The translations under genes and the position numbers were made by a program. DNA of 61,631 nucleotides from Pseudomonadota bacterium (GTDB taxonomy: Bacteria > Bdellovibrionota_G > JALEGL01 > DATDPG01), in the NCBI GenBank assembly GCA_043804515.1, contig JAZDIZ010000024.1, positions 1-61,631 of the forward strand. Reading direction: 5' to 3'. Below the pieces are notes generated by a model. That model saw only the letters and a list, made by a program, of their open reading frames with translations, was not told the origin of the DNA and searched no databases. Shown piece by piece: positions 17,665 through 27,710 of this stretch (the first letter of the stretch is position 1; the number at the start of each line of letters is the position of its first letter).

Positions 17665-19032
17665 TCAATATGAACGTTTTCGGACCTTGGCCTTCCTGCC
17701 GCCCGGGGGCAGGGGCAATTTCCGCTGGGTGGCCGACCACTTTCTCTTCTCCGCGGACGTCAGGCTGCGTGACGAGGCCAGGAGGTCGTGGCAATTCTTG
17801 GATAACAGGGAATCCGGCGAAAACAATCTCTCATGGCAGTACGGCGCTTCCAGGGATGACAGTTTTCCGAAGACCAGCGTCCGAACTTCCTTGAAACGCG
17901 GTGAAGCCGAAGCCTCGGCCAGGATCCCGATCGGCAAAAGCTTGGGCAACCGCACGCTCGGCCGGAGGCTCTCGGGCGATTCCGCTTTGCGCATGAAGTC
18001 GGTCGATTCCTTCAGGTGGGCATCGTCCCCCGGGCCGAAGTTCTGGGCGTTCAGGACATTCACGAGGTGGAACCTGAAATCGTCCGGGGCCTCATTCTTC
18101 TTGAGGTCCACAAGGACGCGATGGGCGTTTTGTCTTTGATTATGGGCCGCGGTCGTCTCCGTGGTCTGAGTCGCGCCGAAGGGGGCCACGTCCAAATAAG
18201 CCTTCAACTTGGGAAGGAATTCGGCGGAGTAGTACTCCTCGATCAGCTTCCGCCCTCTCTGGGCTGCTTCCGATCCAAGGGATTCAGTGATCGCGTTCTC
18301 TACGATCGCCGGGATCGGCTCCCGGCCCTTCTCGTCCGGTTTCAGGCGCAGGAACGTCTCGAAATAGCGGAGGCTTGCCGGATTGTAAGTCTTCCCGGAC
18401 AAAATATAGGCGGCCAACGTGCAGCCTGCCTCATACTGTACCTCGGCATCGTTCGGCTCGGCAGCCGCCAGCTTTTCGACATCCAACCAGACGACCTCCA
18501 GATCCTTCGCTCCGCCGCCGGAACGAAAGGCACCGAGGAACCGGTTCGGCATGGCCGCCAGGTACATCCTCCGAAGGGAAACGCGGACGTCCGCCGGAAT
18601 CCTCGGAACCGACGTGGCATCCTCCAGCAGGGTGCGGGCTTTATCCCAGTCCCGATCGGAAATGTACTTCGTGAGAAGCGCGGAGGAGCTATGCGTGAAC
18701 AACTCGCGGTACCCACGGTCCGATGGGTCGGCGGCGAACTTGGGTCTTACGCCCCGGTACACGTACTCCGCTTCCCCCTTTTGCCATGCGCGCTGGAGCG
18801 TTCGCATACGCGGCCCTGTATATCGCTCGACGTACTTCGACAGCGGCGTTTCGACGAAGTACTCTGCCACGCCCCACGCGACGATCCCGCCGATGATCAG
18901 GAGTATGAGTCGGCGCAGGACAAACGAAAAACCCTCGGGCGGTTTCTTGGGAGGCCGGGTGACGCTCATCACGTCCGTAATGTCGCTTAGAGATGAAGAA
19001 GATTCGCTGTGCGTGGGATCGTCGGATGGCAT
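17665..19032 (-). CDS. hypothetical membrane-anchored protein (one N-terminal TM, a large helical domain, basic C-terminus)
   Basis: 455-aa ORF with the TM segment LILLIIGGIVAWGVAEYFV. No family was recognised. The overlapping plus-strand ORFs are Arg/Pro/Gly-rich junk. Confidence 0.7.
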   Translation of the reverse strand: MPSDDPTHSESSSSLSDITDVMSVTRPPKKPPEGFSFVLRRLILLIIGGIVAWGVAEYFVETPLSKYVERYTGPRMRTLQRAWQKGEAEYVYRGVRPKFAADPSDRGYRELFTHSSSALLTKYISDRDWDKARTLLEDATSVPRIPADVRVSLRRMYLAAMPNRFLGAFRSGGGAKDLEVVWLDVEKLAAAEPNDAEVQYEAGCTLAAYILSGKTYNPASLRYFETFLRLKPDEKGREPIPAIVENAITESLGSEAAQRGRKLIEEYYSAEFLPKLKAYLDVAPFGATQTTETTAAHNQRQNAHRVLVDLKKNEAPDDFRFHLVNVLNAQNFGPGDDAHLKESTDFMRKAESPESLRPSVRLPKLLPIGILAEASASPRFKEVRTLVFGKLSSLEAPYCHERLFSPDSLLSKNCHDLLASSRSLTSAEKRKWSATQRKLPLPPGGRKAKVRKRSY

Positions 19033-19147
19033 GATCCCTTATTTCAACTGAAGCGCCGGCCTAAGGCAAACCTTCTTCATATTTCGTTTTCTCCTGCGTC
19101 CTAAGTTAGTTGACAGGAAGCGAGCTGATAGGGGAAGAGGGCATTCC

Positions 19148-20344
19148 ATGTCGCAACTTGCGTTACCTCAGGTGATTCTGAAGAGGGGAAAGGCGGGCGC
19201 CGCTATCGGGCGGCATCCGTGGGTCTTCAGCGGCATGATCGATAGCGTGGACGGCGATCCCCAAGACGGGGACCCGGTGAAGGTCCTGAGGGGAGAGGAT
19301 CGGGCTTTCGTAGCGTACGGCCTCCACAATTCAAAGAGCGAGATCCGAATACGCCTCTATTCCTGGAACGAGGCGCAGTCCGTTGATGAAGATCTTTTCC
19401 GGCGCCGGATCGAAGCGGCTGTGGCGCTTCGCAAGGACGTTTTGGGCCTTACGGATCCCTCGGGAGCCCGCCGGCTCATCTTCAGCGAGGCGGACGGTCT
19501 GTCCGGACTGACCGTGGACGAGTACGGCCCCTATCTCGTCTTTCAGGTCACGAGTGCCGCGCTTCATCGAAAGGCCGATCTTTTGGCCGACATCCTTTCC
19601 GAAATCCGGAAACCTAAAGGAATCCTTCTTCGATCCTCCGGGGAGATGGCCAAGAAGGAGGGCATGCCTGCGGAGGATCGGGTTCTTTTCGGCGACGTCC
19701 CCACGGGCCGGATCCCCTTCGTCGACCACGGGATCGAGTTCGACGTGGATCTCTGGGGAGGCCAGAAGACGGGCTTTTTCCTGGACCAAACTGAGAACCG
19801 TGTGGCGGCGGCGCAATACGCCAAGGGAGCGAGGGTCCTGGATCTCTATTGTTATACGGGCGCGTTCGCCCTCCATTGCGCGCGTGCGGGTGCCAAAGAG
19901 GTGGTCGGCGTGGATTCCTCCGGGCCTGCAATCCAGCAAGCGGACGAGACAGCCCGCAGGAATCGGTTTCAAAACGCCCGGTTCGTGGAGGATGACGTTT
20001 TCCGTTTCCTGGAGGCGAGCGTGGAAGGCTCTTACTCGTTGATCATTGTGGATCCCCCGCGCTTCGCGGCGGCACGGGAGAACAAGAACAACGCCCTTCG
20101 GAAATATCATCGCGTGAATTCGGAGGCGATGAAACGGCTTGAAAGAGGCGGGATGCTGGTCACGTGCAGTTGCTCCGGCCGCGTCTCAATGCATGAGTTT
20201 ATGGGGATGCTGGGCTCCGCAGCCCGCAGGTCGGGCCGGTTTCTTCAGGTATTGGAACTTCGCGGCGCCTCCCGGGACCACCCGTTCACGCCGTTCTGCC
20301 CCGAGAGCCAGTATCTCAAGTGCGTGATTGCAAGAGCGCAATAG
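19148..20344 (+). CDS. class I SAM-dependent rRNA methyltransferase (RlmI/YwbD-like, N-terminal PUA)
   Basis: HPWVFSGMI, GQKTGFFLDQTENR, DLYCYTGAFAL, DPPRFA. Confidence 0.85.
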   Translation: MSQLALPQVILKRGKAGAAIGRHPWVFSGMIDSVDGDPQDGDPVKVLRGEDRAFVAYGLHNSKSEIRIRLYSWNEAQSVDEDLFRRRIEAAVALRKDVLGLTDPSGARRLIFSEADGLSGLTVDEYGPYLVFQVTSAALHRKADLLADILSEIRKPKGILLRSSGEMAKKEGMPAEDRVLFGDVPTGRIPFVDHGIEFDVDLWGGQKTGFFLDQTENRVAAAQYAKGARVLDLYCYTGAFALHCARAGAKEVVGVDSSGPAIQQADETARRNRFQNARFVEDDVFRFLEASVEGSYSLIIVDPPRFAAARENKNNALRKYHRVNSEAMKRLERGGMLVTCSCSGRVSMHEFMGMLGSAARRSGRFLQVLELRGASRDHPFTPFCPESQYLKCVIARAQ

Positions 20345-20347
20345 CTC

Positions 20348-21625
20348 ATGAAACACGCTCTTACCAAATGTCAGAAGGAAGCCCTTCCGATCCTGCAATC
20401 GGACCAGAACGTGTTTCTCACGGGGCATGCGGGGACGGGGAAGAGCTACCTCATTTCTCATTTCCTCGAGGCGTGGCCGGATCGGCAAGAAGTGCCGGTA
20501 TTGGCCAGCACGGGCGTCTCCGCTGTTTTGATCGGTGGCCGGACGTTTCACAGCTTCTTCGGCCTGGGAACGATGCAGGGCACTCCTCTCGCCGTCGTCC
20601 AACGGGCTCTAGCCAACAAGAACGTCAAGTATCGGGTCCGCCGGGCGCATACGGTCGTCGTCGATGAAGTCTCCATGCTGCCGGGGGACGCTCTGGGAGC
20701 GGCCGAGGCTGTTGCACGGGCGGCGCGAAAGAGCGACGAACCCTGGGGCGGCCTTCGTCTGATCGTCGTGGGTGACTTCGCCCAACTTCCGCCCGTAAAT
20801 CGGTCCGGCGAGAGAGCCTGGGCATTTGCCGACCCCGTTTGGGAAGAAAGCGCCTTTGAGCCGGTAATCCTGGAAACGGTCGTTCGTTCCGGCGACGCGA
20901 AGTACACGGCGTTCCTGGAGGAAATTCGGAAGGGACAAAACTCGCCTTCGGTGACGGAATTTTTGAACAGCAGGTCCAAGCTTCCGGAGAATTTCGATGG
21001 TACGCGTCTGTATCCGCTCCGCGTGCCCACGGAACGGTTCAATCGGGAGTGTCTTGCGGAGCTTCCGGGCAGGGAATGGAAGTTCCCGACGCTGTATTCC
21101 GGTTCGGAGGCAGATGCGGAGGTCCTGATCCGCACTGCGCCCATTCCGGAAGTGCTTCACGTCAAGGAAGGGGCGCGGGTGATGATCCGCGTGAACGATC
21201 CCAAGCTCCGGTACGTGAACGGAAGTGTGGGGCGTGTCGTGTCTATTGAGGCAAAGGAAATTCTGGTCCGATTGGGCCGCACGACGCTGGAGTTTCAACC
21301 CGAGCTGTTTTCTTTGCTGGATGGGGACGGAAACGTTCGGGCCACGGCCCAGAACTTTCCGCTTTCGCTGGCCTGGGCCTCGACGATCCACAAGGCTCAG
21401 GGAGCTTCACTCGACGCCGTGCTTTTGGACCTTCACGGCCTTTGGGAGCCTGGGCAGGCCTACGTGGCGCTCAGCCGGGTCCGCTCGGGCCGGGACGTTT
21501 TCGTCTCGCGCTGGAGCCCGGAAAGCATTCACAGCGACCCGCTGGTCCGGAAATTCTACGACGAGGGTTGCCCGGCCAACTTTTCCAGCCGGCTTGAATA
21601 CGGCCAATTTGAGAGTGAAGATTGA
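20348..21625 (+). CDS. PIF1/RecD-like SF1B DNA helicase
   Basis: Walker A is LTGHAGTGKS, Walker B is VVVDEVSM, followed by GDFAQLPPV and a C-terminal TIHKAQGASL...YVALSR. It starts 3 nt after the methyltransferase gene. Confidence 0.85.
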   Translation: MKHALTKCQKEALPILQSDQNVFLTGHAGTGKSYLISHFLEAWPDRQEVPVLASTGVSAVLIGGRTFHSFFGLGTMQGTPLAVVQRALANKNVKYRVRRAHTVVVDEVSMLPGDALGAAEAVARAARKSDEPWGGLRLIVVGDFAQLPPVNRSGERAWAFADPVWEESAFEPVILETVVRSGDAKYTAFLEEIRKGQNSPSVTEFLNSRSKLPENFDGTRLYPLRVPTERFNRECLAELPGREWKFPTLYSGSEADAEVLIRTAPIPEVLHVKEGARVMIRVNDPKLRYVNGSVGRVVSIEAKEILVRLGRTTLEFQPELFSLLDGDGNVRATAQNFPLSLAWASTIHKAQGASLDAVLLDLHGLWEPGQAYVALSRVRSGRDVFVSRWSPESIHSDPLVRKFYDEGCPANFSSRLEYGQFESED

Positions 21626-21630
21626 AACGC

Positions 21631-21729
21631 AAATGGGGACACGTACCAATTAGAAGATTGTCAGCAAAATTAAGCGAATAATTCAGTTAGGTTCCGCAGG
21701 CCTGAGAAATTCGTACGTGTCCCCAATTT
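21631..21729. repeat. inward-facing inverted repeat pair (GGGGACACGTAC ... GTACGTGTCCCC, 12-bp perfect core) around an AT-rich loop of about 66 nt; possible bidirectional terminator or MITE-like element
   Basis: Read directly from the sequence. It lies between the convergent helicase and Fn3 genes. The motif is the same as at 32580 and 33597. Confidence 0.75.
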
Positions 21730-21746
21730 CCTCTAAAGAGTCCGGC

Positions 21747-22889
21747 TCAATTTAACTCTTCTGACATAGTCCGATCAGGTACCCAGAACGGCAAACGTTT
21801 GGTTTGGCAGACGGGACCGCATACGCCTGATCCACCCCAAGTGGGAATCGTCACGGTCTTTTCGATCGCTGGGGATTCATTTCCGTGCCGATCTACGGCA
21901 CGTACACTGATCGCATACACTCCGGGACGGTAATCTATGTTTACGTTAGGTCCATAATGCCCGGAGCCATTGATGGTGATGTACTCCGAATACGCCGGGA
22001 ACTCCCAGGATTGAGGTGTCGCGTTCGGAGGGCCGCCGGATAACCGGATCTTGTAATAACTGATCTCATCATTGTCGGAGGCACCGCCCCAGCCGAGCCA
22101 GATAAACAATGGGCTGGCATAAACGTCCAGGATCGTGGGTGCGGTCGGAGGCGTCAGATCAACCACGGGTTCCAACGGCACGGACACGGTCAGGGGTTCC
22201 GACCAGTCGGAGAGGCCGAGAGACATGCTCAAAAGTCTAAGCCTGTAAGTGTAGGTTCGACCCGGCGAAACCATGTCATCCACTTGGAACGGGTTAAGAC
22301 AGCCGCCAGGTATGCCATCAGAGAATACATCAAGCCCTTCATTGCCGCACACTCGGTCGAGTTCTGTACTAAGGATGTCGTTGGCCGGATTCTCCCAGGA
22401 TAGCCGAACCGCTAACGGTGAAAGAATCTCAGCGTGAAGTGTCGGAGGGGGGCACACGCTTGCCGGGGTGGGCATAATGATGACGTTCGAAAATTCGGAA
22501 CATCCGGAACTATTGCAAGCTTGGACCTTGAATTCATAGGTCCAGTTGGCCGTAACATTAAGGGTGGCGGTCGTCGTGTTTTGAGGAGAAATCCCGCACA
22601 TAACCACGTCACTCCACCCTTGGCATAGAATCATTTCTGTCTCATTGTCCGATCGGTCTTGCCATTTAAGCTCAACCCGATTGTAGGTGCGCTGCGCGGT
22701 GAGGTTGGCCGGAGCGGCGGGGACTGTAAGCAGGAGCTTGCCAGCGAGAACCAGCGGGTCCAGATTTGGTTCGCTCGAGAGTTTCACTGAAGGCTTGGGA
22801 GACTCGTCAACATTGGACCCGCAGCCGGTCAAGCAGACCGCAAGAGCCGTTGTAACGATGAATAGCGAAAGGGCTGTGTTCTTGCTCAT
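21747..22889 (-). CDS. fibronectin type III repeat lipoprotein
   Basis: MSKNTALSLFIVTTALAVCLTGC carries an LTGC lipobox. Several Fn3-like modules are present (LTAQRTYNRVELKWQDRSDNE...). The gene looks visibly less GC-rich than its neighbours. Confidence 0.8.
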   Translation of the reverse strand: MSKNTALSLFIVTTALAVCLTGCGSNVDESPKPSVKLSSEPNLDPLVLAGKLLLTVPAAPANLTAQRTYNRVELKWQDRSDNETEMILCQGWSDVVMCGISPQNTTTATLNVTANWTYEFKVQACNSSGCSEFSNVIIMPTPASVCPPPTLHAEILSPLAVRLSWENPANDILSTELDRVCGNEGLDVFSDGIPGGCLNPFQVDDMVSPGRTYTYRLRLLSMSLGLSDWSEPLTVSVPLEPVVDLTPPTAPTILDVYASPLFIWLGWGGASDNDEISYYKIRLSGGPPNATPQSWEFPAYSEYITINGSGHYGPNVNIDYRPGVYAISVRAVDRHGNESPAIEKTVTIPTWGGSGVCGPVCQTKRLPFWVPDRTMSEELN

Positions 22890-23061
22890 ACCTGCACCTT
22901 TCGCAAGAATCGCACCACGCACAGAAATACATGTATTCATTCGGTTTTAAACGTGCCGTATGTCTCAGAAACGCTGAAAAATGGCGCGGGTGAGCAACCA
23001 CGGCATCGCCACGCGGAAGCGAGGGGCGGATATCGGGTCGCCCGAATCCGGAGGTTGCGAT

Positions 23062-23409
23062 TTACTTCTGCCCCTGCTCCAAGTGAAAGCGAGGGAGGAA
23101 GCGGTGGAACAGCGGGGCTATGAGCACCGCCACGCTGGATAAAAAGATGACGCCGCTGAAGAGGGCGTAACAAGACGCAAAGACCTTGGCTGTGGGAGTG
23201 GTCATCGGGTCCACGGGCCCCATTCCCGTGAGAATCATGGAGGCGTTCAGAAGGGCGTCGATCCAGGGAAGATCGGCCACCCAGTGGTAACCCAGTACCC
23301 CGAGCGCAAGCGAAAAGACCACCAGTGAGAAAGAAAGACCGGCATACGCCGCCATCCGAAGAAGGAATTGACGTTGGCTGAGTAGCGGCGCCTTGCGATG
23401 CTCTAACAT
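23062..23409 (-). CDS. small 3-TM membrane protein of unknown function
   Basis: 115-aa ORF with three hydrophobic helices and a possible re-entrant segment, ILTGMGPVD. Confidence 0.6.
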   Translation of the reverse strand: MLEHRKAPLLSQRQFLLRMAAYAGLSFSLVVFSLALGVLGYHWVADLPWIDALLNASMILTGMGPVDPMTTPTAKVFASCYALFSGVIFLSSVAVLIAPLFHRFLPRFHLEQGQK

Positions 23410-23502
23410 GGACGAAAGTCTATAGATGATCGGGGGGGGTTGTCACGATGGAACAGAGCCCGCCAAGGACCCCGAGGTTGTTGCGGACAAACTCGCGAAG
23501 CT

Positions 23503-24249
23503 TCAGAAGAAGTAGGACGCTACGACGGAGGCGTTCTCCGTCGATACGACAGGCGTGATTTGCCAACGCGCCTGACCGGCATTTTCAGACGCCAGTCTCC
23601 GATGGCCCAGGTAAACGGCCGTCGAAAACAGAGCCCCGATGCCGGCTCCCGCCACGACATCGGACACAAAATGTCGTTTCGAATCGGCCCTCGCAAAACC
23701 CACGGCCGTCGCGAACCCCAATGCGGGGGCGCCGACAAACCAGGGAAATCGGTACGCGAGCGTCGTGGCGGCCGAAAACGTCGCAGCCGTGTGAAAAGAG
23801 GGAAAGGATTGGCTTCCGCCGTCGGGGCGCGTCCGGTCGATCGTGAGTTTCAAAAATCCGGCGGCCGCGATCGTGAATAGCAAGGATTCGACCATCTCCT
23901 CGCCCGTTTGAAGCGCTACCGTCCTGGCCTGGGAGTTTGAATTCAGAATGAGGGCAACGCCCAAAAATCCGGCCGGCGCAGCCAGGGAAAGATAGAGGCC
24001 GGCGTCGGACAGACGCTTATCCGCCGTGGAAAAGTATGGAGAGCGTGTCGGGGAGGCCGCGCGGTCGTCGGCGCTGTGATTCGTGATCAACCCCGCGGCG
24101 ACGGTTCCAGCCGCGAGCCCCAGGCTTTCCCACGTGAAAAGCGATTCGTAGTCGGCAGCGAGGTGGCGCGCCGTCTCCCGGACCGCGCCGGCGCCAGCGG
24201 AAGCCGGAACGACGAGAGCTAGCGCCAGGAAAACCAACGAAAATCGCAT
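23503..24249 (-). CDS. PAP2-family phosphatase
   Basis: The three PAP2 motifs are present: KLTIDRTRPDG, PSFH and ARADSKRHFVSDV. There is a signal peptide. Confidence 0.88.
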   Translation of the reverse strand: MRFSLVFLALALVVPASAGAGAVRETARHLAADYESLFTWESLGLAAGTVAAGLITNHSADDRAASPTRSPYFSTADKRLSDAGLYLSLAAPAGFLGVALILNSNSQARTVALQTGEEMVESLLFTIAAAGFLKLTIDRTRPDGGSQSFPSFHTAATFSAATTLAYRFPWFVGAPALGFATAVGFARADSKRHFVSDVVAGAGIGALFSTAVYLGHRRLASENAGQARWQITPVVSTENASVVASYFF

Positions 24250-24303
24250 CGCGTGATTAAAGACTCCTCTTTACGATTTGCAACTTTCCTTTAGGATGCC
24301 GAG

Positions 24304-25296
24304 GTGCAAGACACCGAGTTTTTCTTTTCTCTCACGCAGGACGGAGTCCTGGATGCCGTGGAGGCGGAGGGGTTCCTCTGCACAGGGCGCTGTTTCGCGC
24401 TCAACAGCTATGAAAACCGCGTCTACGAGGTTGAACTGGAAGGGGAGGGAACCCCCATCGAACGCAAGCGGGTGATCAAATTCTACCGCCCCGGGCGATG
24501 GACGATCGATCAGATCCTCGAGGAGCACGAATTCCTGAGGGAACTCAAGGAAGCCGAGATTCCCGTGGTTTGGCCATTGACGTTCGCGGACGGCGCCACG
24601 CTCCACGTGACGAAAGAGACCCATCTGGCCTATGCGATTTTTCCCAAAGTGGGAGGCCGCCAACCGGACGAATTGGACGAGGATCAATCCCAGTGGCTGG
24701 GACGGCTCATCGCCCGGATTCATAATGTGGGGGCCGGCCATCCGGCGCGCCACAGGATTCATCTGGACCTGCCTACGTACGGCTTGAGCAATCTGGATTT
24801 TCTTCTTCGCGGAGAATGGCTCCCCCCGGTTTTCTCGAAGCGATTCGAAGCGGCCGTTTTGGAGATCTGCCGCCTTTCACAAGCCGGATTCCCCTCGGAA
24901 GAGGTTCAGAGAATTCACGGCGACTGCCACATGGGAAACCTACTGTGGGACACGAAGGGTCCCTTCTTCCTCGACTTTGACGACATGGTGACCGGACCTC
25001 CGGTTCAGGATGTTTGGCTTTTGACGCCCGGGAGAGACGAGCTAGCCCAAGAGGAGCGCGAAGCGCTTCTCGACGGATATACGAGCATGCGCGCGTTCGA
25101 CCGGCGCACGCTCAAATGGGTGGAGACCCTGCGGGCGCTTCGCTACGTCCACTTCTCCACGTGGATCGCGCGCAGGTGGAAGGACCCGGCGTTTCCGATC
25201 GCTTTTCCTCATTTCAACACGCCGAAATATTGGGAGGAGAAGACGCATGATCTGGAGGAACAGGTGTTTCGCGTGAGGGAAGCCCTGGAGGCGTAG
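24304..25296 (+). CDS. srkA: stress-response serine/threonine kinase SrkA (YihE/RdoA family)
   Basis: LNSYENRVYEV, KFYRPGRW, HGDCHMGNLLW, FLDFDD. The GTG start has AGGA upstream. Confidence 0.88.
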   Translation: MQDTEFFFSLTQDGVLDAVEAEGFLCTGRCFALNSYENRVYEVELEGEGTPIERKRVIKFYRPGRWTIDQILEEHEFLRELKEAEIPVVWPLTFADGATLHVTKETHLAYAIFPKVGGRQPDELDEDQSQWLGRLIARIHNVGAGHPARHRIHLDLPTYGLSNLDFLLRGEWLPPVFSKRFEAAVLEICRLSQAGFPSEEVQRIHGDCHMGNLLWDTKGPFFLDFDDMVTGPPVQDVWLLTPGRDELAQEEREALLDGYTSMRAFDRRTLKWVETLRALRYVHFSTWIARRWKDPAFPIAFPHFNTPKYWEEKTHDLEEQVFRVREALEA

Positions 25297-25301
25297 CTCG
25301 T

Positions 25302-26228
25302 ATGGCGTTGTTCTTCTTCCTTCTGCTCACGCTCTTCTGGGGCTGTTCGTTTATCGCGATCCGCTTCAGCTTGGAGGGCTTCCCGCCCTTTGTCGCGGCG
25401 GGCCTTCGGATCCTCATTGCGACGCTCTTTTTCTGTGCCTTGGTGGTCGCGCGCAGAACCCCATCCGGGAGCGCGAAAGGAGCGATCTGGCGCTTGATCG
25501 GCGTGGGAATCCTGAACTTCGCCTTTCCCTGGGCCTGTCTGTTCTGGGGGGAGCAGACGGTCTCCCCGGCATTGGCCTCGATTCTGAACAGCACGATGCC
25601 GATCTGGGTGCTTCTGTGCGCCTGGATGTTGCTCCCCGACGAGCCCCCCACATGGCTCAAAGGCGTCGGCGTGGCGATCGGGTTCCTGGGAATCTCCCTC
25701 GTCTTCGCTCCCGGCCTCGAAGGGGGTGAAAACATCGCAGGGATGGCGGTAATCCTGCTTATGGCGGTCTCTTATGCCCTGGGAGCCGTTCTTACGCGCA
25801 AGATCGCGCTCGCGATCGACATCCGCTGGAGCCTGATCATCCAGGGAACGGCATCGGCGCTCCTCCTCTTTGCCCTGAGCGTACCCACCGAGGGCTTGGG
25901 CTGGACTTCGTCGATCTGGCAGAACCCGAAGGCGATTTGGGGAATTCTTTATCTTGGGGTCTTTTCCACGGCGTTGGCCTGGCTCATGTATTTCCGGCTG
26001 ATCCGGGATTGGGGCGCGCTCCGGGCGTCCTCGGTGACGTATGCGATGCCTTTCGTGTCCATTGCGGCGGACTGGCTCTATTTCCGGAAGATCCCCTCCC
26101 ACACCCAACTGGCAGGGGCGGGAGCCATCCTAAGCGGTCTTTCGTTGATCCACTGGGCGCGGGTAAAAGAAATCCGGCGCCGCCGGGCCCTCTCTGCAGG
26201 GTCCAAATCCGCGGCGCCGGCATCTTAA
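25302..26228 (+). CDS. EamA/DMT-family transporter
   Basis: 10-TM pattern with duplicated EamA halves. Confidence 0.8.
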   Translation: MALFFFLLLTLFWGCSFIAIRFSLEGFPPFVAAGLRILIATLFFCALVVARRTPSGSAKGAIWRLIGVGILNFAFPWACLFWGEQTVSPALASILNSTMPIWVLLCAWMLLPDEPPTWLKGVGVAIGFLGISLVFAPGLEGGENIAGMAVILLMAVSYALGAVLTRKIALAIDIRWSLIIQGTASALLLFALSVPTEGLGWTSSIWQNPKAIWGILYLGVFSTALAWLMYFRLIRDWGALRASSVTYAMPFVSIAADWLYFRKIPSHTQLAGAGAILSGLSLIHWARVKEIRRRRALSAGSKSAAPAS

Positions 26229-26284
26229 TTTAAACCTTTAACTATATTTACGTATCTTGTTGATACTTAACAACAATACTTTTG

Positions 26285-26764
26285 CTATTTTACGCCAAGC
26301 AACTCTACGTCGAAGACGAGCGTCGCATTGGGCGGAATCACGGGCGGTGCGCCGGTGGTTCCGTAGCCCATCGTGGGTGGGATCGTGAGTTTTCTCTTCC
26401 CTCCCACTTTCATCCCTTGGACGCCTTCATCCCATCCCTTGATGACCTGACCGGTCCCGAGCTTGAATTCGAAGGGCTGGTTTCGATCCACGGATGAGTC
26501 GAACTTCGTGCCGTTGGTGAGCCAGCCGGTGTAATGCACCGACACGCTCTTTCCGGCAACGGCTTCCGCTCCGGTCCCGGCTTTCAGGTCCTCTTTCTTG
26601 AGATCCTTTACGTCCGCTGTCTGTGTAGCCATCGATTGCCCTTCTTTCTGTGTCTCTGTGGCCGTCGATTGGCCCTGTGTTTCCTGACTTTTCTTCGTGC
26701 ACGAGCTTCCGACTCCGAGAGCCAGAAGGCCGGCAACAAAGTACAACATGATATTTGTTTTCAT
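26285..26764 (-). CDS. FKBP-type peptidyl-prolyl cis-trans isomerase, secreted or lipoprotein
   Basis: [16 protein letters not shown]...[29 protein letters not shown]...LVFDVELL. The start is at ATG 26764, in front of the signal peptide. Confidence 0.9.
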   Translation of the reverse strand: MKTNIMLYFVAGLLALGVGSSCTKKSQETQGQSTATETQKEGQSMATQTADVKDLKKEDLKAGTGAEAVAGKSVSVHYTGWLTNGTKFDSSVDRNQPFEFKLGTGQVIKGWDEGVQGMKVGGKRKLTIPPTMGYGTTGAPPVIPPNATLVFDVELLGVK

Positions 26765-26816
26765 GGGTGGCAGTTTTACATACGCGGCCGCGGCGATAAA
26801 GAAGTTTCGTTTCCGC

Positions 26817-27485
26817 TCAGCCGGCCCGGGACTCAAGGACCGAAGGATCGTCGTTCCGAGGGGAATTCACGCGCTTGGAGACCTCCGAAGCCACGAGGTT
26901 CGGAGGCGGAAGTTTAGAGACAAACGCTTTCGGGTCCGTTGATTTCTCCAGCCATTCATCGGCTTGATCCGGTTCCAGAATTACGGGCATCCGGTCGTGG
27001 ATCTCCCGGACTGCTCCCTGCGCCTCAGTCGTGAGGATTGTGAACGTCCGGCGCGGAACTTTCAGTTTCGGGTCGGTCCAATCCTCGAAGAGGCCGGCGA
27101 ACGCGAATAGGCCACCCTTCTCAAGGCGGAACCAGTAGGGCCGGCGATCGGTCTTATCTCCGGTCCATTCGAAAAACCCGTCCGCAGGGATCGCGCAACG
27201 CCTGGATCGGAAGGCTGAACGAAAGGCGGGCTTCACGTCGGCCGAATCCAGCCGGGCGTTCATAAAACCGCGGGGTTCCTTGGCCCAGGACGGGATGAGG
27301 CCCCATTCGGCCCGCTCCAGGATCGGTTCGCCTTTTTCGGGGCGCAGGATGAGATGAAAATCCCCCGGCGCCACGTTGAAGCGCGGGCGATACTCGGCGG
27401 CCCAGTCGGGCGCGGCCCGGCGTATGCCGAAGGAACGGGCTATGTCGGCATATTGGCTGTTCGTAAGCGTGAACCGGCCGCACAT
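26817..27485 (-). CDS. SOS-response-associated peptidase (SRAP/YedK, abasic-site processing)
   Basis: N-terminal MCGRF with the catalytic Cys2, and family-typical length and motifs. Confidence 0.9.
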   Translation of the reverse strand: MCGRFTLTNSQYADIARSFGIRRAAPDWAAEYRPRFNVAPGDFHLILRPEKGEPILERAEWGLIPSWAKEPRGFMNARLDSADVKPAFRSAFRSRRCAIPADGFFEWTGDKTDRRPYWFRLEKGGLFAFAGLFEDWTDPKLKVPRRTFTILTTEAQGAVREIHDRMPVILEPDQADEWLEKSTDPKAFVSKLPPPNLVASEVSKRVNSPRNDDPSVLESRAG

Positions 27486-27626
27486 AGCTCCGACTCTATA
27501 TCACGATCGCGGCCTGTCGGATCGGGTGTGAATTAGAGGAACAGCTCACCTATTTTCGGCGCGTCCAAGGAACTCCACCACGGGAAATAGGCTAGCTGTC
27601 ACCATATTTTCCGGAAACGTGAAAAC

Positions 27627-27643
27627 TGACACGGCGTGTGTCA
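27627..27643. promoter_or_regulatory. palindrome TGACAC-GGCGT-GTGTCA; candidate enhancer (UAS) for the adjacent sigma54 activator
   Basis: Perfect 6-bp arms. The same TGACAC-N5-GTGTC(A/G) is seen at 31094 and 32731. Confidence 0.55.
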
Positions 27644-27681
27644 GGATCTCGGGTCAGGCGCGCCACAATCGCGCTCACGCA

Positions 27682-27697
27682 TGGTCTGGATTTTGCG
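27682..27697 (+). promoter_or_regulatory. sigma54 -24/-12 promoter candidate, TGGTCT-GGATT-TTGCG
   Basis: The GG-N10-GC spacing is exact. The GG lies 48 nt from the palindrome centre, the same spacing as at 31149. Confidence 0.45.
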
Positions 27698-27710
27698 ACT
27701 CACAGGGTTG

